Shown in pieces: positions 13,901 to 28,149 of a stretch of 64,000 bases of DNA. The stretch's first letter is position 1. Every line of letters begins with the position of its first letter. The position numbers and the translations under genes were made by a program. Under the pieces are notes generated by a model, which worked only from the letters and a program-made list of their open reading frames with translations, ran no database searches and had not been told where the DNA came from. This stretch comes from Eledone cirrhosa. Taxonomy: Eukaryota. The stretch covers positions 45,942,001 to 46,006,000 of the forward strand of contig OZ024741.1 in NCBI GenBank assembly GCA_964016885.1, given 5' to 3'.

Positions 13901-14893
13901 ATTTACTGCTGAAATGGAAAACACAGAAAAAGCAAAGCAGGTAAAAGTAACTGCAAAGAAAGAACTGCTACAGAAACTGGCTAAGAAATGGCAAGAAAAG
14001 CCTCTGTATGGAAAATACCCAGAGCGAGCTAACAATCCTGATGTTGACAAAACTTTAACCCATCAGTGGTTGGCATCCTCTGAACTGAAATCGGAGACTG
14101 AAGGACTGATTATATCCGCACAAGATCAGTGTCTGCCAACAAAAAATTACCAAGCCAACATAATAAAAAATGGGTGCAGCCCATTATGCCGTGTATGCAA
14201 AAAACAACCAGAGACCATTGACCATAAAATTTCAATGTGCAGTCCTATAGCTCCAACCGAATACCTAAACAGGCATGACAGAGCTGCACAATACATACAT
14301 TGGATAATGTGTAAGCATTTTGACCTGCCCCATCAAAAGAATTGGTGGGAGCATCAACCACCTCCCATACTTGAAAAAGATCACATCTCAATCTTGTGGA
14401 ACTTTAGCATCCAAACAGACCGAAAAATAGATGCAAATAGACCTGATATAATATTGAAGGACTTTCAAAGGAGGGTATGCCTGCTAATTGATATGTCTGT
14501 TCCAATAGACAAGAATGTATCTATAAAAACATTTGAAAAATTGAGCAAGTATAAGGACCTGGAGATAGAAATTGGAAAAATGTGGAAATTGAGAACTAAA
14601 ACAATACCAGTGGTTGTAGGCGCTCTGGGAATGATACCTAAGGGGTCTAACGACTACTTATCGCAAATCCCAGGAAACCCGCGTATAGGAGAAATACAAA
14701 AGATAGTACTAATGGGAACTGCCCATATACTAAGGAAGATCCTGTCAATATAAGTACATCACAAGTCTAAACACTAAGGATGCATGTGTGAATATGTATG
14801 TTCTTTCTTGAACATGGCGGACCTTGTTGTCTCTTGAGGTCACTGGTTGTGACTTGGTGATAACTCGTATAAACATAAAGCAAAATAAATGCA

Positions 14894-14894
<1 letters not shown>
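10946..14894 (+). mobile_element. R4/Dong-clade non-LTR retrotransposon, family B, near full length
   Basis: GC-rich 5' UTR, ORF 11105-14753, short 3' UTR, then (TAA)n at about 14895-14929. Confidence 0.9.
11105..14753 (+). pseudogene. Dong family B RT-CCHC-RLE ORF with one stop and one frameshift
   Basis: Motifs NYRPITCL, WIDYKKAFD, GIFQGDSLSP, FYMDD, CRVCKKQPETIDHKISMC, RPDIILKD..LIDM. TGA at 12935-12937; frameshift near 13355-13380. Confidence 0.9.
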
Positions 14895-14930
<36 letters not shown>

Positions 14931-15073
14931 TCATCATCAACTCAATAAACAAGTGTTGTCTGCGTATTTTTACTAAAAGCAAAAATAAGCAATACAATAC
15001 CAAAAGCCATATATATATGTATGTGTGTGTGTGTGTGTGTGTGTGGATGTATATATGTATATGTGTATATATG

Positions 15074-15159
<86 letters not shown>

Positions 15160-15165
<6 letters not shown>

Positions 15166-15618
15166 GAGAAGAAAGAAGAATACTGCGTGGTCGCACATGG
15201 GTTACATATGATAAAAATAGTCCTTCGTCAGTGATTTTCCAACCATCATTGGTATTTCATCGCATTAAAAATCATATACCTCAGGTTGGTGCGAGCAATA
15301 ACTAATAAAAGTTATTGGGACCAGTAAATCGCGTAAAGCGAGGGGGACAAGTGAACAACATAGAAGGATAAAAGCAAACCAAAGAAAGGAAAAAAACAAG
15401 CAACATGGTAGTCCTGGTCAGCATAAGCTGGGTGGATTTCATGAGCGAAAGGTACAGACGTCCGACCTGAGTGAGATGTAAGCAAGAAGAGACCCACTGT
15501 AAACCAAACGGGAGGAAGTGAGAAGGGGAGAAACAGAGAATGGGTGAGAGTAAGTGCGAGGAAGCGGTCAGTCGAGAGAAAGTGTAACTGACGGGGGGGG
15601 GCGAAAGAAGGTGAGAAT
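15160..15618 (-). mobile_element. Non-coding PLE-derived/retrozyme-like element carrying a permuted HHR; diverged relative of 61537-62320
   Basis: (TA)n on both sides. The ribozyme and interior align loosely with 61575-61890 (e.g. GGTGGA..GA..GA, AACGGGAGGAAG). Confidence 0.6.
15220..15321 (-). ncRNA. Non-circularly permuted (pseudoknotted) hammerhead ribozyme, family 2
   Basis: Minus strand reads GGUAU-A-UGAUUUU ... U-GAAAUACC ... AAAAUCA-CUGACGA-A. Stem III is 5 bp, stem I is 7 bp, A10.1-U11.1. Predicted cut between 15275 and 15274. Confidence 0.75.
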
Positions 15619-15639
15619 ATATATATATATATATATATA

Positions 15640-15743
15640 TTCCGGGTTGAATTGGAGATAACCACAGTAAGTAAGGTACTCAATACATAGCAGAGTACCT
15701 TACTTACTGTGGTTATCTCCGATTCAACCCGGAATAACTTACC
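15640..15743. repeat. Palindrome of the 3' tail of PLE-derived family Y, within (TA)n
   Basis: TCCGGGTTGAATTGGAGATAACCACAGTAAGTAAGGTACTC followed by its reverse complement. The same tail occurs at 38074, 42440-42505 and 52516. Confidence 0.85.
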
Positions 15744-15814
<71 letters not shown>

Positions 15815-16090
15815 CGTTTCTGAATTTGTTTAGCAAGATTCTTTATCTGAAATCGTGTGTTGAAACCGATATTGTTATACTTTGGGAGGGTCATGTTGCC
15901 AATAAGAAAGACACGCACCAGTTGCATTCACTTCAATTTATTATTATAATAAATTTATGATAAATTTATAAATTTATAAACTTCTGGTTGGTTGGTTGGT
16001 TCCACAACCAGATAGTTGTTTATATATTGTCATAGTTCTTTCGTCACAGACTCTGTGACCTCTTCTTATATATACACATACATATATATA

Positions 16091-16420
16091 CTAGCAGATT
16101 TACGCGGCGTTGATCGGGGTTTCAAATTATGCTAAGAATATACAGCAAGGAAGTAAAAGAAGAAAATTATTTGTCCCAACCTGTCAAAATAAGGAGTGTC
16201 AATAAAGTTATTCCCTTACATCAATTTTGGTACCGATAATTTTGATATCAATGTTTTTCTTGCTCAACGTGGGTCGAATGGAAAAATGTTTGTGATGTGA
16301 CCATCTTAGCGACCTGTGCAACTTGCACAGAAAATTTGGTCAAATTCGGTTGGTAATTGTAAAAGCCTTAGGTATCCAAAATTGTACACAGACACACACA
16401 CATCCGCGCTTTTATATATA
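16091..16420 (-). mobile_element. Non-autonomous Helitron-like element
   Basis: Minus strand begins in TATATATAAAAG and ends with an imperfect GC-rich hairpin (CCCGATCAACGCCGCG) shortly before CTAGT, the typical Helitron 3' end. Confidence 0.5.
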
Positions 16421-16471
16421 TATATATATATATAATATAAGATCAAAAGATGGTTAAAGGAGTTCCATATA

Positions 16472-16538
16472 TTTTATTATGCGCATTTCAAAAACAAACA
16501 TCATCAAGCAATAATATTTGTGTTTTCATCAGATAAAA
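16472..16538 (-). ncRNA. Minimal type I hammerhead ribozyme, PLE-1 left arm
   Basis: Mirror of 20763-20829. Confidence 0.8.
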
Positions 16539-17520
16539 CAGGAGAACATGATATGAAGGCTAAAAAAAACACTTGTTGATAGTGCAGTTTTAAATCAACA
16601 TATGAAAAGTGGTTTTAGATTGATGTGTGATATTGGGAAAAATATTTTATTTAGAGAGGGGAGGGAAAGGATGAAAAGGGAAGGAGATGAGAGGGAGAGA
16701 TGGGTGATAGAGAGAAAGAGATAGTTTTTATAACTGAGAGGAGATATATTTTTTACATAGAGGGGTTGAAAACCGTTGGAAGATACTGTATAAATTAAAA
16801 ATTTTGAAAATTAACGAAGGGAGGATATGTGCGAGGAAAAAATATTTTATTTAGGGGGGGGGTGGAAAGGATGAAAAAAAGGGGGGAGGAGATGAGAGTG
16901 AAGGTGGAGAGGGAGAGATGGGTGATAGAGAGAAAGAGATAGTTTTTATAACTGAGAAAAGATATATTGTTTTAATATAGAGAGGTTGGGAACCGTTGGA
17001 AGATAATGTATAAATTAAAGGAATTTGAAAATTAACGAAGGGAAATTATGTATGAAGATAGAGAGAAAAAAAAAATAATAATTGTGGGTGAATATTCTAA
17101 CGTCAAAAGAAGAAATGTATGTATTGTGGCAATTTCAAAATTAGCGAAGAGAAAGATTGTTAAGGTTTGTGTGTAGAAGGATTTGAGAAAAATAATGTGA
17201 AGTTAAAGTTTGTATATTGAATTGATATGTATTAATAATGAGTTCGTTGATGGGGAGAAAAAAATAATAATAAATTAAGGATGAAATTGAGATTAAAAAG
17301 ATTTATGATATAGAGAAAAAATAATAATGATTGCGGATGAATATTCAAAATGTCAAAAACAAATGTTATTATTTTACGAGAAGATAGAATGAGGGTAATG
17401 AGTAAACGAGTATTATAGAGTGTATAATGCCCTTTAAAGTAAGGTAGATGGGTATATTTTAAAGAGGTGTATGTATATGTGCCTTTGAGAAAAGATTCTA
17501 AATTGATAAAGAATTGAATA

Positions 17521-18374
17521 TTAACTGTATACTTTGTGAAAAGTTCTATGGAATTTATGCAGGCAGATAGAAAACAAATCTGAGCGTCTATTTATTATAG
17601 ATTCTAGGTTAGAGATAATGGTAAATTTTTCATTTAGGCAGAGATTACAGATTTTAGATAGAGAGCTGTTCAAGTATGAGGATGCAGAAGAAATCTTTTT
17701 CCAAAAGATGTTATATTTAATGTTTTTGTCTTTTAAGGACCATATGAGTTCTGAGAGAGCAGTGTTAGTTCTTTTAAGTTTGTATTTGAAAGATGAATGA
17801 TGATTATAGAGACGAGCTTTAAAAGAGGTGGAAGTGGAGCCAAAATAGGTGAAGGAATTGGTGCTAGTTATAATTTTACATTCATAAATTAAGTTTTTAT
17901 CGAGGCAATGGTTGTTGAGAGGACATTTATTTTTAATGCGGCAGTTGCAATTATTAATGAGTGATCTAGTGTTATCTATAGAAGGAATTGGATTGGAGAA
18001 GTTGTTTGCGATAGGAATAATAGGAATAATAGTTTCTTGATTTAGAGTTGGATTATGAACATTTAGCGAAGTTGTGTTTGACGTTGTATTTGGGTTTACA
18101 GAAGTTAGCCTAGGGTTTACAATGACGTCGGGAGTACTATTACTGTTATTATGAAATTCAATATTGGAAGGAAGAGATTTAGTATTTAATATTTTGTTGT
18201 TGTGTTTAGAGATGATGTTGGAAATATTGGAGGATGTAGAATACGAAAATTTGATGGTGTGTTTGTTAAATATTTTACTATAGATATGTGAGGGAGGGAA
18301 GCATTTATTTAAGGCGCTAAAAAATAATTTAGGAATATTGTTATTAATAGAGATGGAGAAAGGAGCATTATACC
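17521..18374 (-). pseudogene. Mirror copy of the PLE-1 C-terminus (Zn finger + GIY-YIG)
   Basis: The translation is nearly identical to the + arm. Confidence 0.88.
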
Positions 18375-18386
18375 GATTCATCCCAA

Positions 18387-19776
18387 TTGACTGATTTAAT
18401 TGGTATCTTCATTTTGAACTCTTTGAGTCGGAAAATTCCTCAACTTCGCGGTGGAATTTATCGTGACGATGGACTCTTTACTATCCTAAATTGCATTATA
18501 GTTAAACTTAATATTATTAAGAACAATATACGTAATCTCTTTAACCAACATAACCTAAAAATTGAATTTGATAATAGTATCAAACTAGCTAATTTCTTGG
18601 ATGTATCTCTTAATCTTGACACTGGCCTATATTACCCTTACCATAAAAACAATGAGAATCTTAATTATGTTAACTTTAAATCTAACCATCCTACCAATAT
18701 CAAGAATGCTATAGTTAATAATATTGGAAATAGAATATCTAACATACCTTCTAATAAAAACATCTTTGATGCTAACGCCAATTACTATAATAACGCACTT
18801 TCTAAAGCCGGCTATCCAGATAAAATCAAATATAATAAAGAAACACATTCTAGGAAAACTTACAGTAGAATAATTAATCATGACCATTCCAATAATTTTA
18901 ATAAAAGACCTAGATACAAAAACATAATCTGGTATAATGCTCCTTTCTCCATCTCTATTAATAACAATATTCCTAAATTATTTTTTAGCGCCTTAAATAA
19001 ATGCTTCCCTCCCTCACATATCTATAGTAAAATATTTAACAAACACACCATCAAATTTTCGTATTCTACATCCTCCAATATTTCCAACATCATCTCTAAA
19101 CACAACAACAAAATATTAAATACTAAATCTCTTCCTTCCAATATTGAATTTCATAATAACAGTCATTGTAAACCCTAGGCTAACTTCTGTAAACCCAAAT
19201 ACAACGTCAAACACAACTTCGCTAAATGTTCATAATCCAACTCTAAATCAAGAAACTATTATTCCTATTATTCCTATCGCAAACAACTTCTCCAATCCAA
19301 TTCCTTCTATAGATAACACTAGATCACTCATTAATAATCTCTCTAATTGCAACTGCCGCATTAAAAATAAATGTCCTCTCAACAACCATTGCCTCGATAA
19401 AAACTTAATTTATGAATGTAAAATTATAACTAGCACCAATTCCTTCACCTATTTTGGCTCCACTTCCACCTCTTTTAAAGCTCGTCTCTATAATCATCAT
19501 TCATCTTTCAAATACAAACTTAAAAGAACTAACACTGCTCTCTCAGAACTCATATGGTCCTTAAAAGACAAAAACATTAAATATAACATCTTTTGGAAAA
19601 AGATTTCTTCTGCATCCTCATACTTGAACAGCTCTCTATCTAAAATCTGTAATCTCTGCCTAAATGAAAAATTTACCATTATCTCTAACCTAGAATCTAT
19701 AATAAATAGACGCTCAGATTTGTTTTCTATCTGCCTGCATAAATTCCATAGAACTTTTCACAAAGTATACAGTTAA
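18387..19776 (+). pseudogene. PLE-1 RT C-terminal half + Zn finger + GIY-YIG endonuclease; 5'-truncated, frameshift near 19164
   Basis: ORFs 18387-19178 and 19144-19776. The mirror copy 17521-18381 (-) is open across the deletion. Confidence 0.88.
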
Positions 19777-20762
19777 TATTCAATTCTTTATCAATTTAGA
19801 ATCTTTTCTCAAAGGCACATATACATACACCTCTTTAAAATATACCCATCTACCTTACTTTAAAGGGCATTATACACTCTATAATACTCGTTTACTCATT
19901 ACCCTCATTCTATCTTCTCGTAAAATAATAACATTTGTTTTTGACATTTTGAATATTCATCCGCAATCATTATTATTTTTTCTCTATATCATAAATCTTT
20001 TTAATCTCAATTTCATCCTTAATTTATTATTATTTTTTTCTCCCCATCAACGAACTCATTATTAATACATATCAATTCAATATACAAACTTTAACTTCAC
20101 ATTATTTTTCTCAAATCCTTCTACACACAAACCTTAACAATCTTCCTCTTCGCTAATTTTGAAATTGTCACAATACATACATTTCTTCTTTTGACGTTAG
20201 AATATTCACCCACAATTATTATTTTTTTTTTCTCTCTATCTTCATACATAATTTCCCTTCGTTAATTTTCAAATTCCTTTAATTTATACATTATCTTCCA
20301 ACGGTTCCCAACCTCTCTATATTAAAACAATATATCTTTTCTCAGTTATAAAAACTATCTCTTTCTCTCTATCACCCATCTCTCCCTCTCCACCTTCACT
20401 CTCATCTCCTCCCCCCTTTTTTCATCCTTTCCACCCCCCCCCCCCTCCCTAAATAAAATATTTTTTCCTCGCACATATCCTCCCTTCGTTAATTTTCAAA
20501 ATTTTTAATTTATACAGTATCTTCCAACGGTTTTCAACCCCTCTATGTAAAAAATATATCTCCTCTCAGTTATAAAAACTATCTCTTTCTCTCTATCACC
20601 CATCTCTCCCTTTCATCTCCTTCCCTTTTCATCCTCCCCCCCCCCTCTCTAAATAAAATATTTTTCCCAATATCACACATCAATCTAAAACCACTTTTCA
20701 TATGTTGATTTAAAACTGCACTATCAACAAGAGTTTTTTTTAGCCTGTATCATGTTCTCCTG

Positions 20763-20829
20763 TTTTATCTGATGAAAACACAAATATTATTGTTTGATGA
20801 TGTTTGTTTTTGAAATGCGCATAATAAAA
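20763..20829 (+). ncRNA. Minimal type I hammerhead ribozyme, PLE-1 right arm
   Basis: UUUUAU-CUGAUGA-AAAC...UUUU-GAAA-UGCGCA-UA-AUAAAA. The palindromic stem III is typical of PLE dimer-cleaving HHRs. Confidence 0.8.
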
Positions 20830-20971
20830 TATATGGAACTCCTTTAACCATCTTTTGATCTTATATTATGCATACTCCAGTCCCACAAACTGTAGAGTGC
20901 TTCTTATCCGATATCTGCATTGCTTTATTGTACTACAATAAAACTCACCTCCTACATTATATATATATATA

Positions 20972-21127
20972 TAACGAAGGAAATGTGGTAAGGAAACAGG
21001 TGGACCATAACGCACCAAAGTACTCAATACTTAGGGTAGTAGAGTGGGTAATAGGAATGTGGCTAATTCAGTACAGAATTAGCCGTCGAAACGGCTTGAG
21101 CTCAGCCGTCGGGGTCTTACTTGTTCC

Positions 21128-21128
<1 letters not shown>
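20972..21128. mobile_element. Tiny head-to-head fragment pair from the PLE-2 family 3' end
   Basis: 20972-21055 matches the reverse complement of 36848-36932; 21066-21128 matches 36789-36852. (TA)n flanks. Confidence 0.8.
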
Positions 21129-21160
<32 letters not shown>

Positions 21161-21679
21161 GGCTATGGTGAAAGAAGTGGTGTAGAGCAAGATTCAGAAA
21201 GGTCTGAACATATATATATGCATACATAAATACATACATACATACATTATGAAATGAATGTCATGCATGATACATTTTCAACAGACAAATATTGTACAGA
21301 TGTTTTGCTGGTTTTATGTTCTCTTTAAGTATATTTATTGGATTGTTCTCCCCTAACAACCTTCCCTACACCCTTTATGTTCCACAATCTCTTTCCTATC
21401 CCCATCTATCTCTCCCGTTCCCCTTCCTATCCTTTTCCTCTAATCTCTGTATCTCTTTATCTTTCCTCTTTATCTCCGTGCTCTTTCTCTCGTACTCTCA
21501 TTTCAGTTTCTTTCACCGAAATAATGGCGAATAAAAAGCTTATTATAACGCATTTGTATAAAGATTTGTATGCCTTATATTTCAAAAACTGTGTTTTTCG
21601 CAGTTCACAATAGATATGAAACGCCTAATGATGGATAAGACACAGATAACTGGATGAATAACATTTTCATTATATATAT

Positions 21680-22527
<848 letters not shown>

Positions 22528-22761
22528 TTTCATAAACTTCTTTTCGAGAATCTTTATGCGTAATTCATTCCAATTTACTTGTCAGTAACAGATTCTGAAA
22601 ATATAAAGTATAAATTGTTGTAATTATATAAATGGTGTATCCTCAACAAAGACAACTTCTCTCTTACTAAGCAGCGCGCATAAATCTTTTTTAAAAAGAA
22701 TTTAAATTCTATATTACAATAGCCAAGGGGAAATACACGTAGACAACCATCTACCCACCCA

Positions 22762-22812
<51 letters not shown>

Positions 22813-22944
22813 GCTCATATATATTCATATGTAATTATATATATATATGTGTGTGTAGATATACATGTATCTATGTTGTGTATATGTATTTACATATATA
22901 TATAGACATTCAAATATAAATATATATATACAATATGTATTATA

Positions 22945-23003
<59 letters not shown>

Positions 23004-23700
23004 ATATACTGGTACATATATGTATATATGTGTCTGTTCATATGTAATTCTATATGATTATATATGTGTATTTATACATACATATATATATGTTTTGATA
23101 TATACATATATATTGTGTGTTTATGTATGTAAGTGTGTATAAACGTGCATGATTTGTTATATACATACACATATGCCTCTTTATATTTTTAAGTATCTAA
23201 GGATATATGTATGTATAGTTGCGTGTTTGTGCGTTTAAGAGTGAATATGCCAAAAGAAAGTATACGCATTATTTAAAACAAAACAAAATGTTATGTTGCT
23301 TTCTTTCATACAGCTCAATATCAAAGATGGCAACTAGAATAGAATGTTTGGCACATATATAATTGAAGAATCTAAAATATGGGATATCGTGTTATCGAGC
23401 TTACATATTAACAATTGAATTTCATTGAAATATTTTTCGAAATGCATTCCCTTCATATTTCATTTTTTTTTATTCGTATATATATATATATATATTGTTA
23501 TACTTGGGGAGGGTCATATTTGTGTAATATTGCCAGAATTAATAACAGAACACATTCACTGTTTGGTTGGTTTTCGCTTCTCGCTTCTGTGTCTTTTATA
23601 TCGGTAATCTAACTTACTCGGTCCTCAATGTTGCCATTGACTGACAGACGGTCAAAAATAATACAGATACAATATTGACACAAACACATATATATAGTTT

Positions 23701-23742
23701 ATCATAAATCTTTCGTTGCACCTCTGCAACATCGTCAGTGGT
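23701..23742 (-). ncRNA. Degenerate minimal hammerhead ribozyme
   Basis: ACCA-CUGACGA-U-GUUGCA-GAGG-UGCAAC-GAAA-GAUU-UA-UGAU; stems I and III are imperfect. Confidence 0.45.
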
Positions 23743-23864
23743 GCTATCGTTTCCTCCTATTGTATTGTATGTCTACGCCATTTATATTCAGTCTGTCTAT
23801 ATCGATTATTAATATAATATAATATAATATATATATATTATATTTCATATAAAAAACCTCGCAA

Positions 23865-23905
<41 letters not shown>

Positions 23906-24062
23906 GTTTGTGTGTGTGTATCTGTGTATGTGTGTGTTTGTGTGAGCGCATGTGTGTGTATATGGTGATGCTATTTCGACACGTCTTTCCTACTCCACAT
24001 TATTATCACTATATAAATAACACACATATATATACACACATACACACACACACATATATATG

Positions 24063-24181
<119 letters not shown>

Positions 24182-24210
24182 TATATATATGTGTGTGTGT
24201 GTGTGTGTGT

Positions 24211-24247
<37 letters not shown>

Positions 24248-24260
24248 TATTATATTAATA

Positions 24261-24440
24261 ATTGTTTCTACCTTTGGCACAAGGCCAGCAATTACCCCAG
24301 TGCAATACTTTTGCTTTATTTTATTGACCTCGTAAGGATGAAAGGCAAAGTTAACCTCGGCAGGATTTAAACTCAGAACGTAAAGGGCCGTAACTCTATA
24401 CTGCAAAACATGGCGTCCGCCCCTCTACCGATACTGCCAA
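24261..24440 (-). mobile_element. tRNA-derived SINE (MetaSINE-like central domain)
   Basis: Reverse complement of the 29991-30180 family. Confidence 0.8.
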
Positions 24441-24774
24441 AATGATAATACTGAGTAGGAACGAAGTGTCAAAATAACGTCACTATGATGTGTGATGCCC
24501 GATTAGCGATCGCTCAGATCAACGTATAATCAAATGAAATAACAAGATAAAAGATATCATAAACATAAATGTAAATACAAGTTTAGATAAATTAATGGAG
24601 GAATATTTACAAGGGAGGTCGCTGGTTCCATAAGTTCATTGAAGTGGCTCACTTCAGCCAAAATGTTTCTCCGGCTCGAATTAGTTTAGCAGTCAGTCAA
24701 AGGCTCAATGTGTTCAAGACTCACACACACACATACACACACACGCCCACACACACTCACACACACACACCCTC

Positions 24775-24809
<35 letters not shown>

Positions 24810-24812
<3 letters not shown>

Positions 24813-25004
24813 CGAAGGAAATGTGGTAAGGAACCAGGTGGACCATAACGCACCAAAGTACTCAATACTTGAGGTAGTAGAGTGGGTAATAGGAACCAGT
24901 AAGACCCCGACAGCTGAGCTCAAGCCGTTTCGACGGCTAATTCTAATAAGTCCAGAATTAGCCGTCGAAACGGCTTGAGCTCAGCTGTCGGGGTCTTACT
25001 GGTT

Positions 25005-25007
<3 letters not shown>
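24810..25007. mobile_element. Head-to-head palindrome of the PLE-2 family 3' end (HHR stem II/III half)
   Basis: Inverted arms at about 24890-24944 and 24954-25007; tail 24810-24890 matches the reverse complement of 36850-36932. Confidence 0.85.
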
Positions 25008-25075
<68 letters not shown>

Positions 25076-25206
25076 GTGAGGTTTTTTTTACAAAATGAAA
25101 AATAACCGAGGTGTCCTACACGAGTGAAAGTATAAAGAAAAAGAGATGAAATCGAAAATGCAACTGGAGTCTTATTTTTTTTTTAAATATATATATTTAT
25201 TTGGTT

Positions 25207-25244
25207 CCTTTACCGGTTTCGCAGTTCTTCTGCTTTTCAAAAGG
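25207..25244 (-). ncRNA. Minimal HHR with U3:A8 core (family Z)
   Basis: CCUU-UUGAAAA-GCAG-AAGAA-CUGC-GAAA-CCGG-UA-AAGG. Confidence 0.75.
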
Positions 25245-25312
25245 TGAGTTGAGATGGAGGGTCTGTGGTTTTTCTCACGTGAGAAAAACCACAGACCCTC
25301 CATCTCAACTCA

Positions 25313-25350
25313 CCTTTTGAAAAGCAGAAGAACTGCGAAACCAGTAAAGG
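25313..25350 (+). ncRNA. Minimal HHR with U3:A8 core (family Z, mirror copy)
   Basis: As above, but stem III reads CCAG. Confidence 0.7.
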
Positions 25351-25420
25351 AACCAAATAAATATATATATTTTTTTTTAAAATAAGACTCCAGTTGCATT
25401 TTCGATTTCATCTCTTTTTC

Positions 25421-25503
<83 letters not shown>

Positions 25504-25539
25504 GTTTAACGATTAAATTTGGCGGTTTATCACTAGGTA

Positions 25540-25841
25540 GAATATGTTGGTGGTGCGGGTACGGAGTCAACTGACAGGAGGCCAAATATGTTGAATTTTC
25601 TTAATTATTTATTTCTACAAACACTATGCACATTTCAGTGGCCAGGTTGCGTAAGAACCCGGTGACACCTTCAGGTGTAAATTGTATAAAGGAATGATGG
25701 TAAATACATTCCAAGAGGCTTTAAGGAAAAAAGCAAAGAAAAAACGAGAGAAGAATAATTAAGGTAATTCAACATATTTAGCCTCTTGCCATTTTACTTT
25801 ATAATACATTTGACACCGTTCCCGCACCACTAACATGATTC
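25540..25841. repeat. Old inverted repeat (~80-bp arms) with a decayed HHR at 25621-25678 (-); probable PLE remnant
   Basis: Arms at about 25540-25610 and 25754-25841; ACAC-CUGAAGG...GAAA-UGUGCA-UA-GUGU. Confidence 0.55.
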
Positions 25842-28149
25842 AACATCAAAGATGGATGAATTGCATAACGTCGAGTGCTTTTCTCACGGTTGACATTGCA
25901 GAATAACCAATTCTATCCAGTGGTACATCACCAAATTTAAACAAATAATGCTCCTTATCCAGTTGAGGGCTTTATGATGTAATGGCGAACAGAGGCCTTT
26001 TCACCGATGCGGGACCATTAACACAGTGGGATTGATAGCATACCAGTAGGATTTTGTCTGACGAAATCAAGCCTGCCATACAGCTCTAACCACACCCTGA
26101 ATTGATACATATCCACACTTCGAACAATTAAAACTCCGTAGGACTTTACAAATTCTTTGAAGCATCTGCACGACCCCTTCTCTTCCTGACGTCCTATACC
26201 TTATACTGACTGAATTTTACCTTTATAGTTGTTGGTTTCTAGGTATTTATGTAAACGGTTACTGCTCAAACCATACTCTGCATCTCACCTGATATCACCT
26301 CTATTCTTGTATCCTTATCTTTTATTCTGTTATTTTCAAACTAATCTCCTCAAATTATATATCTTTCAAACTATATTATTTTTAATTTTTAAACTTCACT
26401 GTTTTTAAACTTTACTATTTTTTCTAGCTCTGATGTTTATTTGTTTATCTGCTACACCCAATTTGTTATTTCGTATTCCTATATCTTATATTTCTTATAT
26501 TTTTTTATATATATATATATATATATATATTTTATATATTCTTTATTCCCATGACTACCATTCTGTATAAGATTGCGATTAGATATTTTATAGACATTTT
26601 AATCATCCTTCACCTAAATTATTTTACATTCTATGTCGCCGATACATTATACTTTTCATTAATTAAATACTTTTCACGATCTCTTTCATATATTTATCAT
26701 TAACTATATGTATATTTATTCGATTAATTATTCCCTCTACCTCTTGGGATACTCTCGCTATATTATATACGATAGTGTCTTCATATTATAGTGATAGCTT
26801 GGTTTGAATGTATAACCTTGCCTATATAGATTTCATCCAATATGAATCTAAGATTGACCGGCGCATGGAACCTATGCGCAGCTAAGGATTTTGTATAGAT
26901 TTTCCTGACTCATTAAAGCCTGCGTTGCTTCAGTTTTCATATTTCTCGACTTTATCATTAACCTCACTAGTTTGGATAACTAGGAATACATGGCATATAT
27001 TACGACGCTGGCTGGCGGTGGAGACCGTTCTAGCTGCGCTCGGGGCGCCTGAGTCAGTTCACCTTTTTTAAATTTCCATTTTCTACGGTATACCGTAATA
27101 CTCGGAACGGTCCGTGGGCCTTCGGACATTGGGTGTATTAGGCGGGGTCACAATTTTCAGTTGTTGTTAACAGCCATACCATACTACTTATATAGTATAT
27201 TCCATAGGAATATAACATTGAACTACGAGAGAAACCCAAGGCGGATAGTGATTTAGCTTAGCTCAACTAACATTATGTTATTTGTTTATGAGGTCGCTGA
27301 TTTACACAACTCTATAATTAGAATCATTAACGTAACTGGTCTTTCTAATTGGTGATTACCTAGCATACAGTACTTCACCGGCCAAATGTACTTATTTAAT
27401 TAAATTTTAAACATTTTTAAACATTCAATTTTAATTTTCAATCCCTAAAATTAAACATAACTTTAACTTCTAAACAATTTTAACCGGTAATTATATGCAT
27501 ATATATCTATATGTATGTGTATATATATATATGCATATAATTGGAGGATTATATGAACAAACAAGGAGAAATTACTAATTGGAAAATAGAAATCGCGCTT
27601 CAATATTTAGGAATAATACACAACGTGAAGCGACTCGTTCTCCACATCCAGCCTTCTAGCTTCGGCAAAAAACAGGTGATCCGCTGTCCGCAATGCTGAG
27701 TAAAGGAAGAGAGTAAAATACCGGGGCCTGGCCGACCGGTTTCTCTTTGTACCAGACTCTGTCGAGACGTCCTGGCATCCTCGGTCCCCGCACTTCTGGT
27801 TTCCTCCGTAAATTCGGAAAAGCGGCGGCCAGCTCAAAGATGGAGTCCCGAGAGTTTGAGTGGTTGTTGCAGAGGCGGTCTCTAGCCATTTTCTGCGATA
27901 ACGCTTTTGCGATTTTATTTGCTGTGTGGCTTTGCCACAGCTCAGACAGGGGTGTAATGACTGTCCCTCCCCCTTTCTTTCGATGTTTGATCCATCGTTC
28001 TTTTTCTCCTTTTCATCATTTATCTTTCCCAATTTGGCTATAGTTCTTGAAGCAATATGTTTTATTTCTTAAATTATTCTGGTTCTTAATAAATAAAAAC
28101 TAACAAGAGATCTAAAAAAGACAATATTCAACCAAATAATTCAGATACT

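Larger units (their letters stand above)
16432..20869. mobile_element. PLE-1: Naiad-type Penelope-like element, head-to-head inverted structure
   Basis: 16432-18374 is the reverse complement of 18931-20869. The body on + encodes RT C-half (GGIYRDDGL, NFLDV, SNHP, WYNAPF), CNCxxxxxCPLxxxC and a GIY-YIG variant (LIY..YFG). There is an HHR near each outer end. Confidence 0.9.
25069..25420. mobile_element. Head-to-head palindrome of a non-coding PLE-like 3' end (family Z)
   Basis: Near-perfect palindrome centred on CACGTG (25276-25281) with no spacer, between (TA)n tracts. Other pieces at about 32100-32230, 36960-37090 and 63262-63392. Confidence 0.85.

Noticed and set aside
27656-28043. Short ORFs in the GC-rich block as a host gene
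   Set aside because: No recognisable domain or clear splice structure.
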